Positions 1 through 13,830 of a stretch of 64,000 nt of DNA are shown here, piece by piece. Position 1 is the first letter of the stretch. Every line of letters begins with the position of its first letter. The notes beneath the pieces are model-generated. The model saw only the letters and a program-made list of their open reading frames with translations. It did no database searches and was not told where the DNA came from. The DNA is taken from contig NC_057718.1 in NCBI RefSeq assembly GCF_004010195.1, positions 39,291,143 to 39,355,142 on the forward strand. The letters run 5' to 3'. This DNA is from Chiloscyllium plagiosum. Taxonomy: Eukaryota. The position numbers and the translations under genes are program-made.

Positions 1-188
1 TGCCAGAGGAAGTGGTGGACACAGGTACAGTTACAACATTTAAAAGACATTGGATTAAGTTCATAAATAAGAAAGGTTTGGAGTGATATGGGCCAAATGT
101 AGGCAGGTGGGACTGATTTAATTTGGGAACATGGTCGATGTGGACTGATTTGAATAAAGAATCTGTTTCCATGCTGTATGACTCTGAC
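1..188 (+). mobile_element. HER1/CR1 LINE 3' end (truncated by window edge)
   Basis: Same sequence as the 3' ends at about 12230-12410, 23040-23235 and 57440-57637; ends in a tgtatgactct tail. Confidence 0.85.
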
Positions 189-261
189 TAAATATCATAC
201 AGCTGTTAATTATGCATGCCACATCCATGAGATCCACATGGAAATGTTCATATGTGTGGAT

Positions 262-370
262 TCTTGTGATGCAGTGGAAATGTCCCTACCTTGATGCAGG
301 AGGTCTGGCTTCAAGTCCCACTTGCTCCAGAGATATGTCATAACATCTCTAAATAGGTTGTTTAGAAAGA
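262..370 (+). mobile_element. Short tRNA-derived SINE
   Basis: gcagtggaaatgtccctacc...ggcttcaagtcccacttgctccagag...ggttgtttagaaa; similar copies at 6545-6665 (-) and 40380-40485 (+). Confidence 0.6.
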
Positions 371-1364
371 TAGGTACTGTGCTAACAGCAATATAAAGTG
401 CTGCCTGTACAGTTTCACAGCCTTTCACATCTGTGAACACATTAAAAAAAGGCAATTTGGCCAACATGCCAACATAAATCCAAAGCCTCTCCAACAGAGA
501 TCTTGCCAGGGTCCACATCTCCAGCACAGGATATGGAACAAGCGACAGAAAATTGGGTAAGACATGATAGAAAGAGAAAGCTTTAATAAATAATTTTTAA
601 AAATGAAAAGTTACAGGTAAGTGATGACTTGAGTAGAAAGTTTTCTTCTACATGATGTATAGAAAATAAAACTTTAATAAATGAAGAAGTTTTGCAAATA
701 AAGGAATATACACAAATGTCTAAGATAATGTTTTGCATGCCTTACCATCTTGGATGGACTAAATGATATCTAAACAAGATCCAACTTCCAGTGGCCAAGG
801 CAGCTATATGCAGGGTTCAGCATAACACCATCACCACTCAGTTGACAAATTGAACTGCTCAGTTCTGTCCCTTATGTAACACTTCAAACAAGTAAGCTAA
901 TGTCATTGAGATATGGCATGTTACAGAACATTCAACACAATAAACAGATGTAAAAACACTCAAAATGAAAATCTATTGCTGCCAGGATTTGTAAAAAACC
1001 AAATCAAAAACCCTGTTAGAACTGTGAATCTTCTGTAATTGCTTTTAAAATCAATTTACAACTTCCAAGAATTTAATCAAGCCAGTTCCCATGACAAAAA
1101 AAACAACATATGACAGTCCTATATACAATACTACGCTTTCTTTAAAAATTGTTATTATATGCAATGATTTTCACATCTTCTTTCTGTTAACATTTACTTT
1201 ATGAATTAAACAAAGATTGTAAGATAAAAAGAAGGCCTGACGTTCTATTTTGATATACGAGTGGCCAAACAGAAAACCATTTTCCAAAACCTCTCCATAC
1301 TATCTTACTAGAGTGGCTGATGGTGGGTGTTTCCAACTTATTTAATAGCAAATGGTTATTCCCA

Positions 1365-1960
1365 ATAAGAACAGAAAATCCTGGAAATACTCAGCAGATC
1401 TGGCAACATCAGGGGAGACAGGTCAATGACCTTTCATTAAAATTTAAGCAAAGTTTGACAACTAAATATCCAACTAAAGGATAAAGAGAAGAAAAATGAT
1501 GGTAGGGTGAAGGCAGGTGAGAATAAAAGCAAGAAGAATGATGGTGATTGGCAGAAGGGTTGGTAAAGGGAGAAATAAATAAAGGAGAGATGGTTTGAGA
1601 GTAGATGTAAATAGGGAATAGCAGAACCATTATGAATAGTTGTTGTCTGAAAAAATGTGGACAGTGATTATGATCTGAAATTGTTGAACTCAATGCTAAG
1701 TTCAGAATGCTCTGTACCTAATTTAAAGGAGAGGTGATGTTCCTTGAGCATTCATGAGTAGAGACATCAGAGTGGGAGACTGAGCAGAACTTGGTGACCA
1801 AAAGCTTAGATCACCTCATTAACTGTGCGAGGGTGTTCTGTTAATTGATCTCCCATCAGTGTTTGGTTTCCACATTTGAGCAAAAACCATAATGTAGGAA
1901 GCTAAAAGAAATATAAGAAACTTGCTGGTTCACCTAGAAAGAGAGTTCATCTTTTGGGTT
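1365..1960 (-). mobile_element. Decayed Penelope-like element (GIY-YIG C-terminus plus terminal repeat)
   Basis: Minus strand near 1680-1710 reads ...LSIEFNNFR, like the PLE endonuclease C-terminus. acagaaaatcctggaaatactcagcagatctggcaacatc matches the PLE terminal repeats at 15940 and 30120. Confidence 0.6.
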
Positions 1961-2029
1961 CTTTTCAGGGAGGATCTCCTTGTTGCTCAAACAGGCAAGT
2001 GTTCCATTGCAATACCCAGAGGACCTATA

Positions 2030-5027
2030 ATCTCATGAATCCCCTTATGGAAAATAACTGTCCTGTTGAAACAGGCAATTTCTTTTCTGCAAATCCCAAA
2101 TCGCTGAAGCGGGCAATCTCTTGACTGTATCCTGGATCTCCAGGCATAGGTTGCCCCTTTTCAGGGGTGGCATCCAGATGTACTACGCCCCCAACCTGTA
2201 TCACTCTCAATCTGCCGGTAAATCTGTGTTGAAATTTTCTACTCTTTACTTTAAACTTGTTAACTTGGATACTTTCATTCAGCTTCAGCGAATGTGGTAT
2301 TGGTGAAACTACAATGTTCACTTCATTATTTGTACCATTTGAGAATTGTTTCTTTCTTGGCAAGATCTCTGTCACTATTCCTGAGGATCATTCTTAGCAA
2401 GATAAGGAAATGAAATGCTCTGTTTGAACATGCATCTTCTGAATCACTTCAGCATCTGACTTAAATCTGTCATAACTATTCATTCACCAAGCTGTTTTCC
2501 AATCTGTGTTACTTTCGTTACAGATGATTGAGTAAGTTCAAGTGGGGTATGCTGCTCATTGGCTAGGTGGCTGCCAGCGTTTACTCGCAAACATTGCTGA
2601 TCCTGGCAGTCAATTCTCCTTGGTGCCAATAGCAGTGAAAAACATCTCAGCCAATTCACTATAGTCACAGGTTTCCATCTTGCCTACAATACAAAATAAA
2701 CTTCTTGTGCCAGCACAGATAACCTAAATTGATTCAAATTTGTTTTTGGGTTCTAGCATGAATCTAAGCAGCCCCATGAAATTATCTACCAGTTGAATTT
2801 TGACCAGTTATTCCATGATCCACTTTTCCAAACTGAATGTTCCATCATTGGCTGATCCCAGAGGGCAAGACATGCATTCATCTTCAAGAATGAGCAATTT
2901 TGATGGCGAAATCAAACCCAGTGTTTGATTGTTGCTGTGGTATCCATTCAATTTTAAGTAGCATACCTCTTGAACCATGCAGTTGCGCTGTTTTGACTGT
3001 GGACAGTGTGTTTCAAGCTACAGTTTGATATCTGAAAGTATAATCACAATCACTCTTGTATCATGTTTAACTTAATGAAATTTTCATGTTTGTCTGTTAA
3101 CATTTGTATCCCAAGAATGGATTATGTTGATCTCCTGTGATGACATTTTTTTCGGATTGATTTACTCTGCTTCCAGACTTCTGCTTCGCTCATCACCTGT
3201 ACAGCTTTGTCTGCAGTCAAATCTTTTCTTTAATGTAATAAGGCTGTCAAACACTCAACAGAATTCCAACAATAATTCTGCTTCCCGTGAACTTTAGCTT
3301 TAAATCACTATCGTCACATTTTCCACTAACGTGTCTGAATTATTAATGAAATTGTTTATTGATTCCCTTGAATCATGAACTCTTCTGTTAAACCTTGCTC
3401 TTTCTAAAATTTGTTTTGGTCTGAGGTTAAACTAATTGTCAAAGGCTTTCAGAATTTATTCAAAAGCATCAGTTGCTTAATTAACACCTTGTTGAATTAT
3501 AACACCATGAACTACATCTCATTTGAATATAAAAGTGTCTTAACTTGTTCAACTTTTTATTTAGTAACTAGTTTAGCAGTTAATCTGTATCTTATGAACC
3601 CTTCTTTGAGATGTCCAACTCTGTGTTTTATGTGGCATATCACCGTAATTTAATCTTCCTGGAAATATTATTTCTGATTTTATATCTTCCTCATGTGATC
3701 ATTTATTTGCCTTGCTTTTATATTTGCAGCAATTGTGCTGCTACTACAGTGTGCTGTAATTGGAGGATTTTCTTGAAATTTTGTGGTCAAAATGGAGAAT
3801 TTCTGCTTTTCACAGATAAAATAGAAAATTCACACATTTTTATGACATTTCCAGATGAATTTCCCTATTTGTAGCCTAAAGAAATTATTTATGTTTCCTA
3901 AACTGCTTTATTGAATAAATTCTGATTCCTGTGGCTTTAATTAAAATGCTTGCTTTAAGCATGTTGGTTTTCTGACTGATCCCTGCTACATACAGCATTA
4001 ATAAATGCATCTATCACAGTTTTAATAAAGGATATCCCAGCTTTTTTGCAATCTTAATGAAGTTTCCTTTTTCTTCCATTAGACCTTGTCCACTTAGATT
4101 CCAAATATGCTTCTTTATCACTTTAATTCTGGTTTCATGACATCCCTGGTTCGAAAACCAGTTTGAACTACTTCTGGTGCCTTTGATTTCCCATATTGTA
4201 GCCATGCGCCATGTTGCCAACTGCTCCAGTGGCAATGCTTGGTCAGAGCTACTGGTATTTCCTTTCCTTCAGCTTTCTCATTCTGAAAGTCTTTTAAAGA
4301 TTTCCCCGCTCAGCAAAAGCGTATGGCTTTATTCATTGAGTCTTCGATATCCATTTGCTTTCTAGTTGAACCCTGACTCAGAACATCTCCTATAGGTCTC
4401 TGGCACATGATGCAATTTGTCATAGCCTTGGAAGGACTAATATTCTAGTTTCAGGGAGCTTGTAACTCTCCTGCTAAAGCATTCCTCTTTCCAGGTCGAA
4501 ATGCTTTCATTTTTGTCGATAGATTCTTCCTTGTTAAGTCTTGCTAGGAGGTTGTCTTCTTTTCGGTTCTTGAATGTTCAGCTCCTTGTAGTCAGTCTGC
4601 AGGAGCTAGGTTCTTAAATTACTGTATGAAGCGACAAAATGGAATCCACACCGCTGCTCACAATGTTGTGTGGACAATCCTCACCACTGACTACCTTGTT
4701 GCATAAGGCAATCTGCACTATCACTCACCATATGATAAGCTTGCTGCCAATATCTGTTTTTAGTGTAGGGGTTGATAGGGCCCTCTTGGTCTGACAATGG
4801 TAGAGAAACATAACTAGTCTAATTAGACAACGCACTTGGCTTAAACAAGATGTAGTTTATTTCATTTTAACAATTATGTACAAGTTTCTCTGATATAATA
4901 GACATTGTGATGGAGACTGTGTGTGGTAGGTCTTACTTCTTTGAAATCCAAAGCTCTTCTCCCACCAAGTGCATTTAACATTACTATCAGCATTCACCCT
5001 TTCAGACCCACACACCCTTATACAACA
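2030..5027 (-). mobile_element. Decayed Gypsy (Ty3/Mag-like) LTR retrotransposon with candidate 5' LTR
   Basis: Minus-strand gag remnants near 3250-3620 (FIRYRL..KL...EQVKTLLYS; ILERARFNRRVHDSRESINNFINN; RIIVGI) and weak integrase-like remnants at 2030-2650. Candidate LTR at 4755-5027 (TGTTG...AAACA, internal AATAAA) is followed by a PBS-like TGGCAGCAAG. Many stops and frameshifts. Confidence 0.7.
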
Positions 5028-6544
5028 GTACTAACAATGTCAAGGAGTTAGTATTTAACGTAGGTGGCGATGGTCTCACCATCTGGCTGGACAGTCAAAA
5101 AGAGCACCACAGCGCCTCTTTGCAGGAATGCCTAATGAATTAACTGGGCAGAAGTGGGTCTTCACCAGGCCAGAGACCACAGGAGCCAAAGTCTCACTTG
5201 CTAAGAGCTGCTGGCCAACCATGTCTAACAGCTCTTCACTGCTTGGTAGCATCGCTTGGTAGCATCACTTGGGTCTCTGTGGCTGCAGCCACCACTAAAC
5301 CCATCAAGGTCCAACATTGCCAAGAATGGGTCACTTAATGAGAGCTACAACTTCATTGAAGCAAGCAACATTGAAAAAGTTCCTTTTCAACGTCCATCAT
5401 AGCTGCTACCCTCCTTGCAACTTGGTAAATATCAGCGGCAATAATTGCCCGTGTAAGGGCCTCAATTGAAGATAGGAACAGAAAGGCTTAAAAAATGACT
5501 CTTCCTGTCATAGTCTTAAATAGGGCAGAGGGGGGAATGAAACAGGGTCCAAATGCATTACCTTCTTATCTAATTAAACACCTTCCACCACCAAACTCAC
5601 AATGGGAGAAACAATGAAATTCCATTCTTGTTGTGCCATAATGCAAACAGCATTAGACTGAACATTTTCAGATAGTTTAATTTTTTTTTGTTACAAATCC
5701 AAATAAAAACACTATTTTGAATTAGAAAATATTTAATTAATAAAATATTTCTTAATTCAAACAGTCCTTCATCTCAAGGCTTTTGCTTTGAAAATCAAAC
5801 ATTATTACTGTCATCAGTTTTTCTATGTACAAATTCAGGTGTACAAATGTTACTCTGGAAGTAACAATGAGTGGAGAACATGGATTCTGTCCTCTTGCTA
5901 CTCTTATATTAACAGTATACAGAGCCATGGGACAGGATCACAAGCAAAAAAGTCAAATGACTCATCACGGACAAGAGGTATAAAATTGAACTGTAGCTCT
6001 TTTGTATCCTTGGCTTCCACAGAGTCCTCAGGAACAAGTTGGATAATGAGTCCTGTCCATATGCACAGCTCTACTAATGAACTCCTACTAGCTAATTTAA
6101 GTATAAATCGTGCAAAAGGCCCAAAACCTATATCAAAACTTAATAGTCTAGTCCCCAAACTGCATGTGAGTATTTAGATCCAGTCAATGTTCCATTGTTC
6201 AAATGGTGAGTACAGCCATGGTTTTAGGAGAATTGACAATTTGTAAAAAATTTAATGGAAAGTAATTATAAAAGGTACCCTCCACATGGCTCAAATCTCT
6301 TTGGCCACCAGATGAGTCCCACCTGATGCAGATACCAACCTTTTAATAGCCCTGAAGGTCAGAGACAGAAATTTCCAAAATGTACATCTCAGCACTAAAA
6401 CTAAGCTGTGCCATATTGGAGACTTGTGGGGTCCAATCATCTTGTTTGGATAACCTGATACTTTATAGAAATGAGGACAACATGGGAAATACAGGAATAA
6501 AATGGTCATCTTCGTAATGTTAAAAAATCGAAAATCCAACTGCT

Positions 6545-6665
6545 GTATATATTTTCTAAACAACCTGTTCCACAATGTTATCACACACTACCTGAGTTCA
6601 CCGGGCTTGAACCCAGGCCTCCCGACTCAGAGGTAGGGACACAACCACTGCACCACAGAGCCCTC
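6545..6665 (-). mobile_element. Short tRNA-derived SINE
   Basis: Reverse complement has an A box (tggtgcagtgg) and B box (ggttcaagccc) plus the same tail as the 262-370 copy. Confidence 0.65.
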
Positions 6666-7984
6666 ATCACCAACTATTATATAATTAATGTTTAAAAGGT
6701 TCAGTATGTAGATATACTAATTACGCTAGAATTGTCACTTAATTTCAAGGCAGTCTTCAATAAGGTTTCTCATTCCATGTGGATTCAGGTTCAGAGGGTA
6801 TTGGGAGTTCAAGGCACTATTCTGAAAGTGGAACAGAAAGAAACATAGCAGTGCTAGTCAGGGAGTGATGTCAGGCTTGGTTAATACCAAGTGAAGTACC
6901 ATCAGGGTCAATGCTATGACACGCAAATGATCTGAATCTATATAAACCTTCTCTAAAGGGGTGTAAGCAGGGACATCACTATCTATTATTTAGAGCAAAA
7001 GTTGCAATTCATTCCTTATAACAAAGATATTTGAATTTTCCCCATGGACTCAGAAACCCAATGCAAATCAATTAAATTAACAGATTGTATGGAAATACAG
7101 AATGCAACTGTGGCTGAGAAAGTAGTCTGGGACCTACCAAAGAAATTTGTCCATCAACAGACAGAAGACATTTAATATATTTGGTACTCCTCACCAAAAT
7201 AAATGTGGCTTTTGTGTATATGTATTGATGAAACAGGATTAATACTGGATGCAATGCTTAGTGTGTCAAATTGATATAAAGCAAGAAAATCAACAAGATT
7301 ACAACAGTGTTAAATATGAATTAAATGATGCCTTGATAAAACTCTACAACACAAGTAATTTCAGGCCTTCAGGAATTTGATAGTCCGAGTTGACAAGATT
7401 CAGGAAAAACACTCAGAGCATAGGGATGGTAGAGAAATGTCAAGATGTTAAATATTGTTGACAAGAGGCTAAATTCTGAACAAAGATTGAAAGCAGTGAG
7501 TTGTTTATACTTGAAAGGAAGCAGCTAAGGGTAACCATTTAAATATAATCCAGAATGTGACCTTAAAATAATCCAGAACCACACAACATGGCAGACGGAT
7601 TAGAAGCAGCTTAAAGTTTATCCAGGGTCAATAACAGCTTCTTCACATGGGGATTCCAAATATGGGCTCGGTTGTGCAATCTGCTGGCAATGCTACACAT
7701 GTCTGAAATCTCATAAAAGGACAGTCAATCACTGCCAGCACATCCCAAACAACACGCTGTGTTTGGAAGGTTGCTGGCATGCTGTGGCACGAGTGCACAA
7801 AAGAATGCAGAATGGGGACATTATGCGTTAGTCACCATTAATACTGAGCTGGTAATCAAATTCACAAGTTGAGTGTTGCAGATCTTGTGAACATTCTCTC
7901 TTTAACATGCTCAGTTTACCATGCATTCAGTTTCAGAAATAGACCTCGAGACCTGAAGTTCAGCTAATGTTCTGGGGACCCAGT

Positions 7985-8333
7985 TATGGTGGCTCAGTGG
8001 TTAGCACTGTTGCCTTACAGCACCAGGGACCTAGGTTCAATTTATCCTCAAGTGACTGTCTGTGTGGAGTTTACACATTCTCCCTGTGTGTGAGAGAGTT
8101 TCCTCTGGGCTTTTCGGTTTCTTCCCACAGTCCAAAGATGTGCAAGTTAGGTGGATTGGCCAGGCTAAATTAGTCTGACCTGTCCAGGGAAGTGCATTTT
8201 AGGTGGATTAGTCACGGTAAATTCACGATTACAGGGATACGATGGGGTCTGTGTATGTTTCTGAGTCTGTGCCTGAGTGGAATACCCTTTAGAGAGTCGA
8301 ATGGCCTCTTTCTGAACTGTAGGGATTCAATGA
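7985..8333 (+). mobile_element. HE1-type V-SINE
   Basis: tRNA head ggtggctcagtggttagcactg; V-domain gtgtggagtttacacattctccctgtg...tcccacagtccaaagatgtgc; CR1-like tail. Confidence 0.85.
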
Positions 8334-8590
8334 CCCAGGTCCAAATCTCACCATGGTAGATGGTGAAACGTGAATTCAATAAAAATCTGTAATTAAGACT
8401 AATTCAGAAAAGCCTATCTAGTTCAGTAATGTCCCTTAGGGAAGGAAGATGCTATCACTACCCCATCTGACCCATGTGTGACTCGACCCACCACAATGTG
8501 GACCACTCTTGACTGCCGTGTGATCAATTCAGGGGGATAATAATTGCTGGCCTGGCCAGAGAGGCCTTTATACAATGAATGAATAAAACT
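8334..8590 (+). mobile_element. SacSINE1/Deu-type SINE remnant
   Basis: Matches the fuller copy at 18741-19085 (gaattcaataaaaatct...gtcccttagggaagga...tgaatgaataaaa). Confidence 0.6.
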
Positions 8591-8689
8591 TTCTTTCCTC
8601 GCTAGAGAGTATGTGTTGTTGGATAAGTGATTAAAAGTTTTTGGGAGTTAGAAGGGAACAGAATCTGACATTCCCAAGAGGTTAGCACC

Positions 8690-9360
8690 GCAGAAAAGTT
8701 ACTGCACAGACAAGAGGCATTCAGCCCATCTATCTGTTCCAGCTGAAAAATATCCAGCCACCCATGCGAAGACCACCTTCTGGAACTTTGGCCCTGCTAC
8801 TACAGTATTTCAGATACAGATGCAGGGACTTACTAAATGAATAGAGGGTTTTTGCCTCCACCACCAAACCAGGCAGCGACATCCAAACACACACCACTCT
8901 ATAGGTTACAAAAAAAATTTTGATCATGTTCCTACTAATCCTTTTACCATTCCATCACCATAAATCTGTGCCCCTTCACTCCCTCCCCTCCAACTAATCT
9001 CTGCACTATTGGAAAGCGAGTTTTCCTGTCTACTTTAGCTAAACCCATCATCATTTTGTGCATTTCAGTTAAATCAAGACTCTGACTCCTCTGTTCTGAA
9101 AAAAAAATCTTAGCTTATCTTTCATTCTAGCTGCAATTTTCAAGCCCAGGCAACATTTTTGTAAATCTCCTCTGTACTCTCACCCATCCTCTCACTACCA
9201 ACTACACAGTCAATTTTTGTGTCATCTGCAAATTTTCCAATCATGCCTTGCTTATTAAAGTCCAAGTCGTTAATATATGCAAGCAGCAAGAGACCCCATA
9301 ACGTCCCATGGAATGCCAATGAAAACCATTTGTCATTCACAAAAATGTCTATTGATTATT
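8690..9360 (-). mobile_element. Decayed CR1 LINE fragment
   Basis: Minus-strand RT motif YINDLD...GKFADDTK (ORF 9140-9340) and a CR1-type 3' end near 8700. Confidence 0.75.
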
Positions 9361-9599
9361 ATCTTTATTTCATCATCACTGAATGTGATGAGGAAACTGA
9401 AATCTTTTCCTGGATGTAAGAGTTAATCTGGTCCAAATGGATTCCATTTTATCATTTTATCTTGTGATCAGACCTTTTCATTCCTGTTAGTGAAAATATT
9501 GCATCATTGGTACTACACAGTGCTGCTAATTACACTCCAAACATTCACTTTCATCAGTTATTCAGAAATATGCCACTTTCTGAAATGCAACATCAGTTT

Positions 9600-10770
9600 T
9601 TTTTAATCGCTTATGGGACATGAGTGTTGTTGGCTGGGCCAACATTTTTGTCTGTTTCTGGATCAGTGGTGCTGGAAGAGCACAGCAATTCAGGCAGCAT
9701 CCAACGAGCAGCAAAATCGACGTTTTGGGCAAAAGCCCTTCATCAGAAATAAAGGCAGAGAGCCTGAAGGTTTACCACATTTTTGTCTGTCCCTAGTTGC
9801 CCATGTGAAAATGGTGGTGGCCTGCCTTCTCAAACCACTACAGTCCATGTGCTGTGGATAGACCCACAATGCTGCTAGGGAGGGAAATCCAGGATTTTGA
9901 CCCAGTGACACTGAAGGAATGACAATATATTTCCATGGTGAGTGACTTGGAGGGGAACTTGCAGGTGGTTGTGTTCCATGATCTGCTGCTCCTGTCCTTC
10001 TAGATGATAGTGATCATGGGTTTGGAAGGTGTTGTTTAAGTAGCCTTGATGAATTTCTGCTGTGCATCTGATAGACAGTACACATTGCTGATATGGTGAT
10101 GGATGGAATGAATGTTTGTGGATCTGGAGCCAAACAAGTAAGCTGCTTTGTGCTAGATGACGTCAAGCTTCTTGAGTGTTCTTGGAGCTGCACTCATCCA
10201 GTCAAGTGAGGAGTATTCCATCACAATCCTGATATGTGCCTTGTAGATGGTGAACGGGCTTTGGGAAGTCAGGAGGGGAGATACTCGCTGCAGGATTCCT
10301 AGTCTCTGATCTGCTCTAGTAGCCACTGTATTTATATGGTGAATCTCATTCAGTTTTGGACAATGATAACCCCCAGTATGTTGATAGTGGGGGATTTAGT
10401 GATGGTAATGCCATTGAATGTCAAGGGATGATGGTTAGATTGTCTAATATTAGAGATTGCCATTTCCTGGTACTTGTGTGGTACAAATATTACTTGCTAC
10501 TACTCGGGCCAGGCCTGGATATTGTCCAGGTCTTGTTGCATTTGAGCATGGATCACCTCAGTACCTTAGGGGTCATGAATGGTGCTGAATATTGTGCAAT
10601 CATCAGCAAATATTTACACTCTGAACTTATGATGGACAGAAGATCATTGGTTAGGCAGCTGAAGACAGTTGGGCCTAGGACAAAACCCTGAGGAACTCCA
10701 GTAGAGCTGTCCTGGAGCTGAGATGACTCACTGCCAACAATCACAACCATCTTCCTATGTGTTAGGTATA
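9600..10770 (-). mobile_element. CR1-clade LINE 3' fragment (family sharing its tail with the Deu-type SINE)
   Basis: RT motif TGVPQGFVLGPTVFSCLTNDL (ORF 10553-10750); interrupted at 9656-9776 by a PLE mini-insertion. Confidence 0.8.
9656..9776 (-). mobile_element. 121 bp Penelope-derived insertion with 14 bp TSD and hammerhead-like motif
   Basis: Flanked by acatttttgtctgt at 9642-9655 and 9777-9790. Minus strand reads CUGAUGA-A-GGGC-UUUU-GCCC-AAAA-CGUC (9746-9719; G12 mutated to A). Confidence 0.8.
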
Positions 10771-11149
10771 ATTATGGCTAGTATCTGGTTCTATTATATT
10801 AAGTTTGATTCTAATTACAATGATATGTAAAGATTTGCTTTCTCTCATATCTGTAAGGGTCGTAAATTTATACAAATTGAAATTAGGCTGAATAATCCCA
10901 TAGTGTACTCAAAAACTACACATTTACAGCTGAAATAAACTTGTTATTTTGTGCTAATCAGCACTAAATTGACAATCACAATTCAGAGATCACATGCATA
11001 GGTGCAGGAAATGATCATATATTGAAGCAGAAGGGCAGTACATTAGTATGAATACATATTAAAGGATATTGTTAAAACTGAATAGAGATAGTTTTACACT
11101 ATTTTAATTTAATTGCTCATTCACCACATTCAACATATGCAAGTATACT

Positions 11150-12410
11150 GGAACTATATTTGGATGAGAATATAGAAGGTAAGGTTATTAAGTTTGTGGA
11201 TGACACCAAAACTGGTGGACAGTGACGAAAGTTATGTAAGAGTAAGATTAAATGGGCCAACCAGCTGAAAAGTGGCAGATGAAGTTTAATTTACATAAAT
11301 GTCAGGTGTTGCACTTTTGGTATGGCAAACCAGGACAGGACTTACACAGTTAATGGTAAGGCCCTGGGCAGTGTAGTTGAACAAGAGGGACCTAGGGTGC
11401 AGACTCAGAGTTCCTTGGAAGTGGCATCGCAGGTAGACAAGGTGGTGAAGAGGACATTTGGCACGGTTTCCTTCACTGATCAGAGCATTGAGTATACAAA
11501 TGGGACATCATGTTGTGGCTTTACAAGGTGCTGGTGAGGCCACTTTTGGAATACTGTGTACAATTCTGATCACCCTGCTATAGGAAAGATGTTATTCAAC
11601 TAGAAAGGGTGTACAAATAATTTACGAGGATGTTGCCAAGACAAGAAGGTTTCAGTTATAAGGAGAGACTGGATAGGCTGGGTCTTTTTTTCCAAGAGCA
11701 TCAGAGCTGAGGGGTGACCTTATAGAAGAATCATCACAGAATCTCTATGTGTGGAAAAAGGCCATTTGGCCCAACAAGTCCACACCAACTCTCCGAAGAG
11801 TAGCCCACCCAGACCCATTCCACTTCCTTATTACTCTACATTTCCCCTAACTAATGCACGTAACCTACACATCTCTGAACACTATGGGCAATTTGGCATG
11901 GTCAGTTCACCTAACCTGCACATCTTTGGACTGTGAGAGGAACCCAAAATGCCCGGAGTAAACCCACGCAAACATGGGGAGAATGTGCAAACTCCACACA
12001 GATTCCACAGGCTGGAACCGAACCCAGGTCCCTGGCGCTGTGAAGCAGCAGTACTAACCACTGAGCCACCATATGAGGGTCATAGATAGGTGAATAGCCA
12101 AGGTCTTTCTTCAAGGCTAGGGGAGTCCAGAATTAGAGGCCATAGATTTAAGGTTTTGAGGAAAAAGCTATTAAAGTGACCTGAGGGGCAACTTTTTCAC
12201 ACAGAGGGTGGTGCGTGTATGGAATGAGCTGCCAGATGAAGTGGTAGAGGCGTATACAATTGCAACATTTAAAAGACATTTGGACAGGTGCATGAACAGG
12301 AAAGGTTTAGAGGGATATGGACCAAATGCAGGCAAATGGGTCTAGTTCAGTCTGTGATACCTGGTCAGCATGAATGGTCTGTTTCCGTGCTGTATGACTC
12401 TATTACTTTG
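11150..12410 (+). mobile_element. 5'-truncated HER1/CR1 LINE, interrupted by an HE1 SINE
   Basis: KFVDDTK RT motif near 11190, ORF2 C-terminal remnants, tgtatgactcta tail; homologous to 56700-57637. Confidence 0.9.
11730..12072 (-). mobile_element. HE1-type V-SINE nested in a LINE
   Basis: Reverse complement starts ggtggctcagtggttagtactgctgc and carries the V-domain; LINE sequence resumes on both sides. Confidence 0.9.
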
Positions 12411-13594
12411 TTATTAGCTACTTTATAAAATGTATTTTCATATAATTCTTTAAATGTACTTTAAAGGGAAAAACAACTAATGTATTTTTACATGAACCTT
12501 TACTGTCAAGTGTTTACCTTTAATTTATAGCCCTCAGCCCTACCCTGGAAATCCATATGAAACCATCAGGGGTTAACTGGTAGTCTTCCTACATGGCAAA
12601 GGATTCTCTCCAGCTATTAGGAAAATGGCAGTGGAGGGAGGAAGAGCACCTATTAGCCACTTAAGTGATTCAACTGGACTCCTGGGAGAGTTAGCCATCT
12701 GTTACCTTCTCCTGTTGTAAAAATGATACAGCAGTAAGGACATAAACAGCACACAACCAAACACCTTTCTGAACCATTTTCTACCCTTCCCATCTACATC
12801 CCATTCAAAGAAAAAGCCCTAATTCAGCCCTTATTTCAGTGGTGTTAATGGTAAATATCTAACAAAAAAACTTCTGAATTCATTCAGCAAAGCAGAGACG
12901 AGAGGTCAAACAGAAATCTAAAATGAGATCTTACAAGCTTCAGTAAAATGTTCATCTTTTTAGGAAATAATATTACTCTGCAATGATTGAAGGTAAGGGA
13001 CAACTAGAATTGAGAAAGAAACTTACCAGTGTTGATTTAAAACAATGTATTTTTTAACCATTAGATTAATAATAATTGCATCCATTAAGCAATTTATCAG
13101 CTTCAGGGAGATTAGCATGGGCTAAGTTGTGATTTGGTCAGACAGTACAAATAAGGACTAAAAGCAAGTGTGAAATAAACTTTATGGTGCTTACCAATTA
13201 AGAACACACTGAAGGCTGAGATTTGGTTTGCTCATTCCAAATTGAGTCATGTTGAGCAGGCAGATATTGATTCTCCCAACAAAGAAGTGAAATAATTAGA
13301 GAATGGAAGCATTGACAAGTAATGGCAGGGGGTGGGGGGTGGAAATCAACCCATGGTCTAGAATGGCATCATATTTCTACTCTCTGCAAGCAAGATGCCA
13401 AGTGAGCAAAGGCGAACACAACAAGGTCAAAAGAACAAATAAAGACTAAAAAACATACTCAGAAAATACCTCCTTTATAAAAGACATTAAAATCATTCAA
13501 TGACACGTATATCTATTTTAATCTCAGAAACATATTATGCAGGTTTGGAGGAGATGAGGGGTAGTGTGAACACAAGAAAACAGAGGGAAAGAAA

Positions 13595-13830
13595 GACCAT
13601 AAGAAATAGGAGCAGAAATTAGGCCATTCAGCCCATCGAGTCTGCTCTACTATTCAATCATGGCTGATAAGTTTCTCATCCCCATTCTCTCACCTTCCCC
13701 GTGTAACACTTGTCCCCTTGACAATCAAGAACCTATCTATCTCAGTCTTAAATACATTCAATGACCTTGCCTCGGCAGCCTTCTGTGGCAGTGAATTCCA
13801 TAGATTCATCACTCTCTGGCTGAAGAAATG
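13595..13830 (-). mobile_element. CR1 LINE 3' end
   Basis: agaccataagaaataggagcagaaattaggccattcagcccatcgagtctgc..., related to copies at 27590, 49490 and 50730. Confidence 0.75.

Noticed and set aside
5788..6177. Overlapping 129 aa and 84 aa ORFs in unique sequence
   Set aside because: No recognisable motif, no similarity to the expected KCNH exon, and no splice support.
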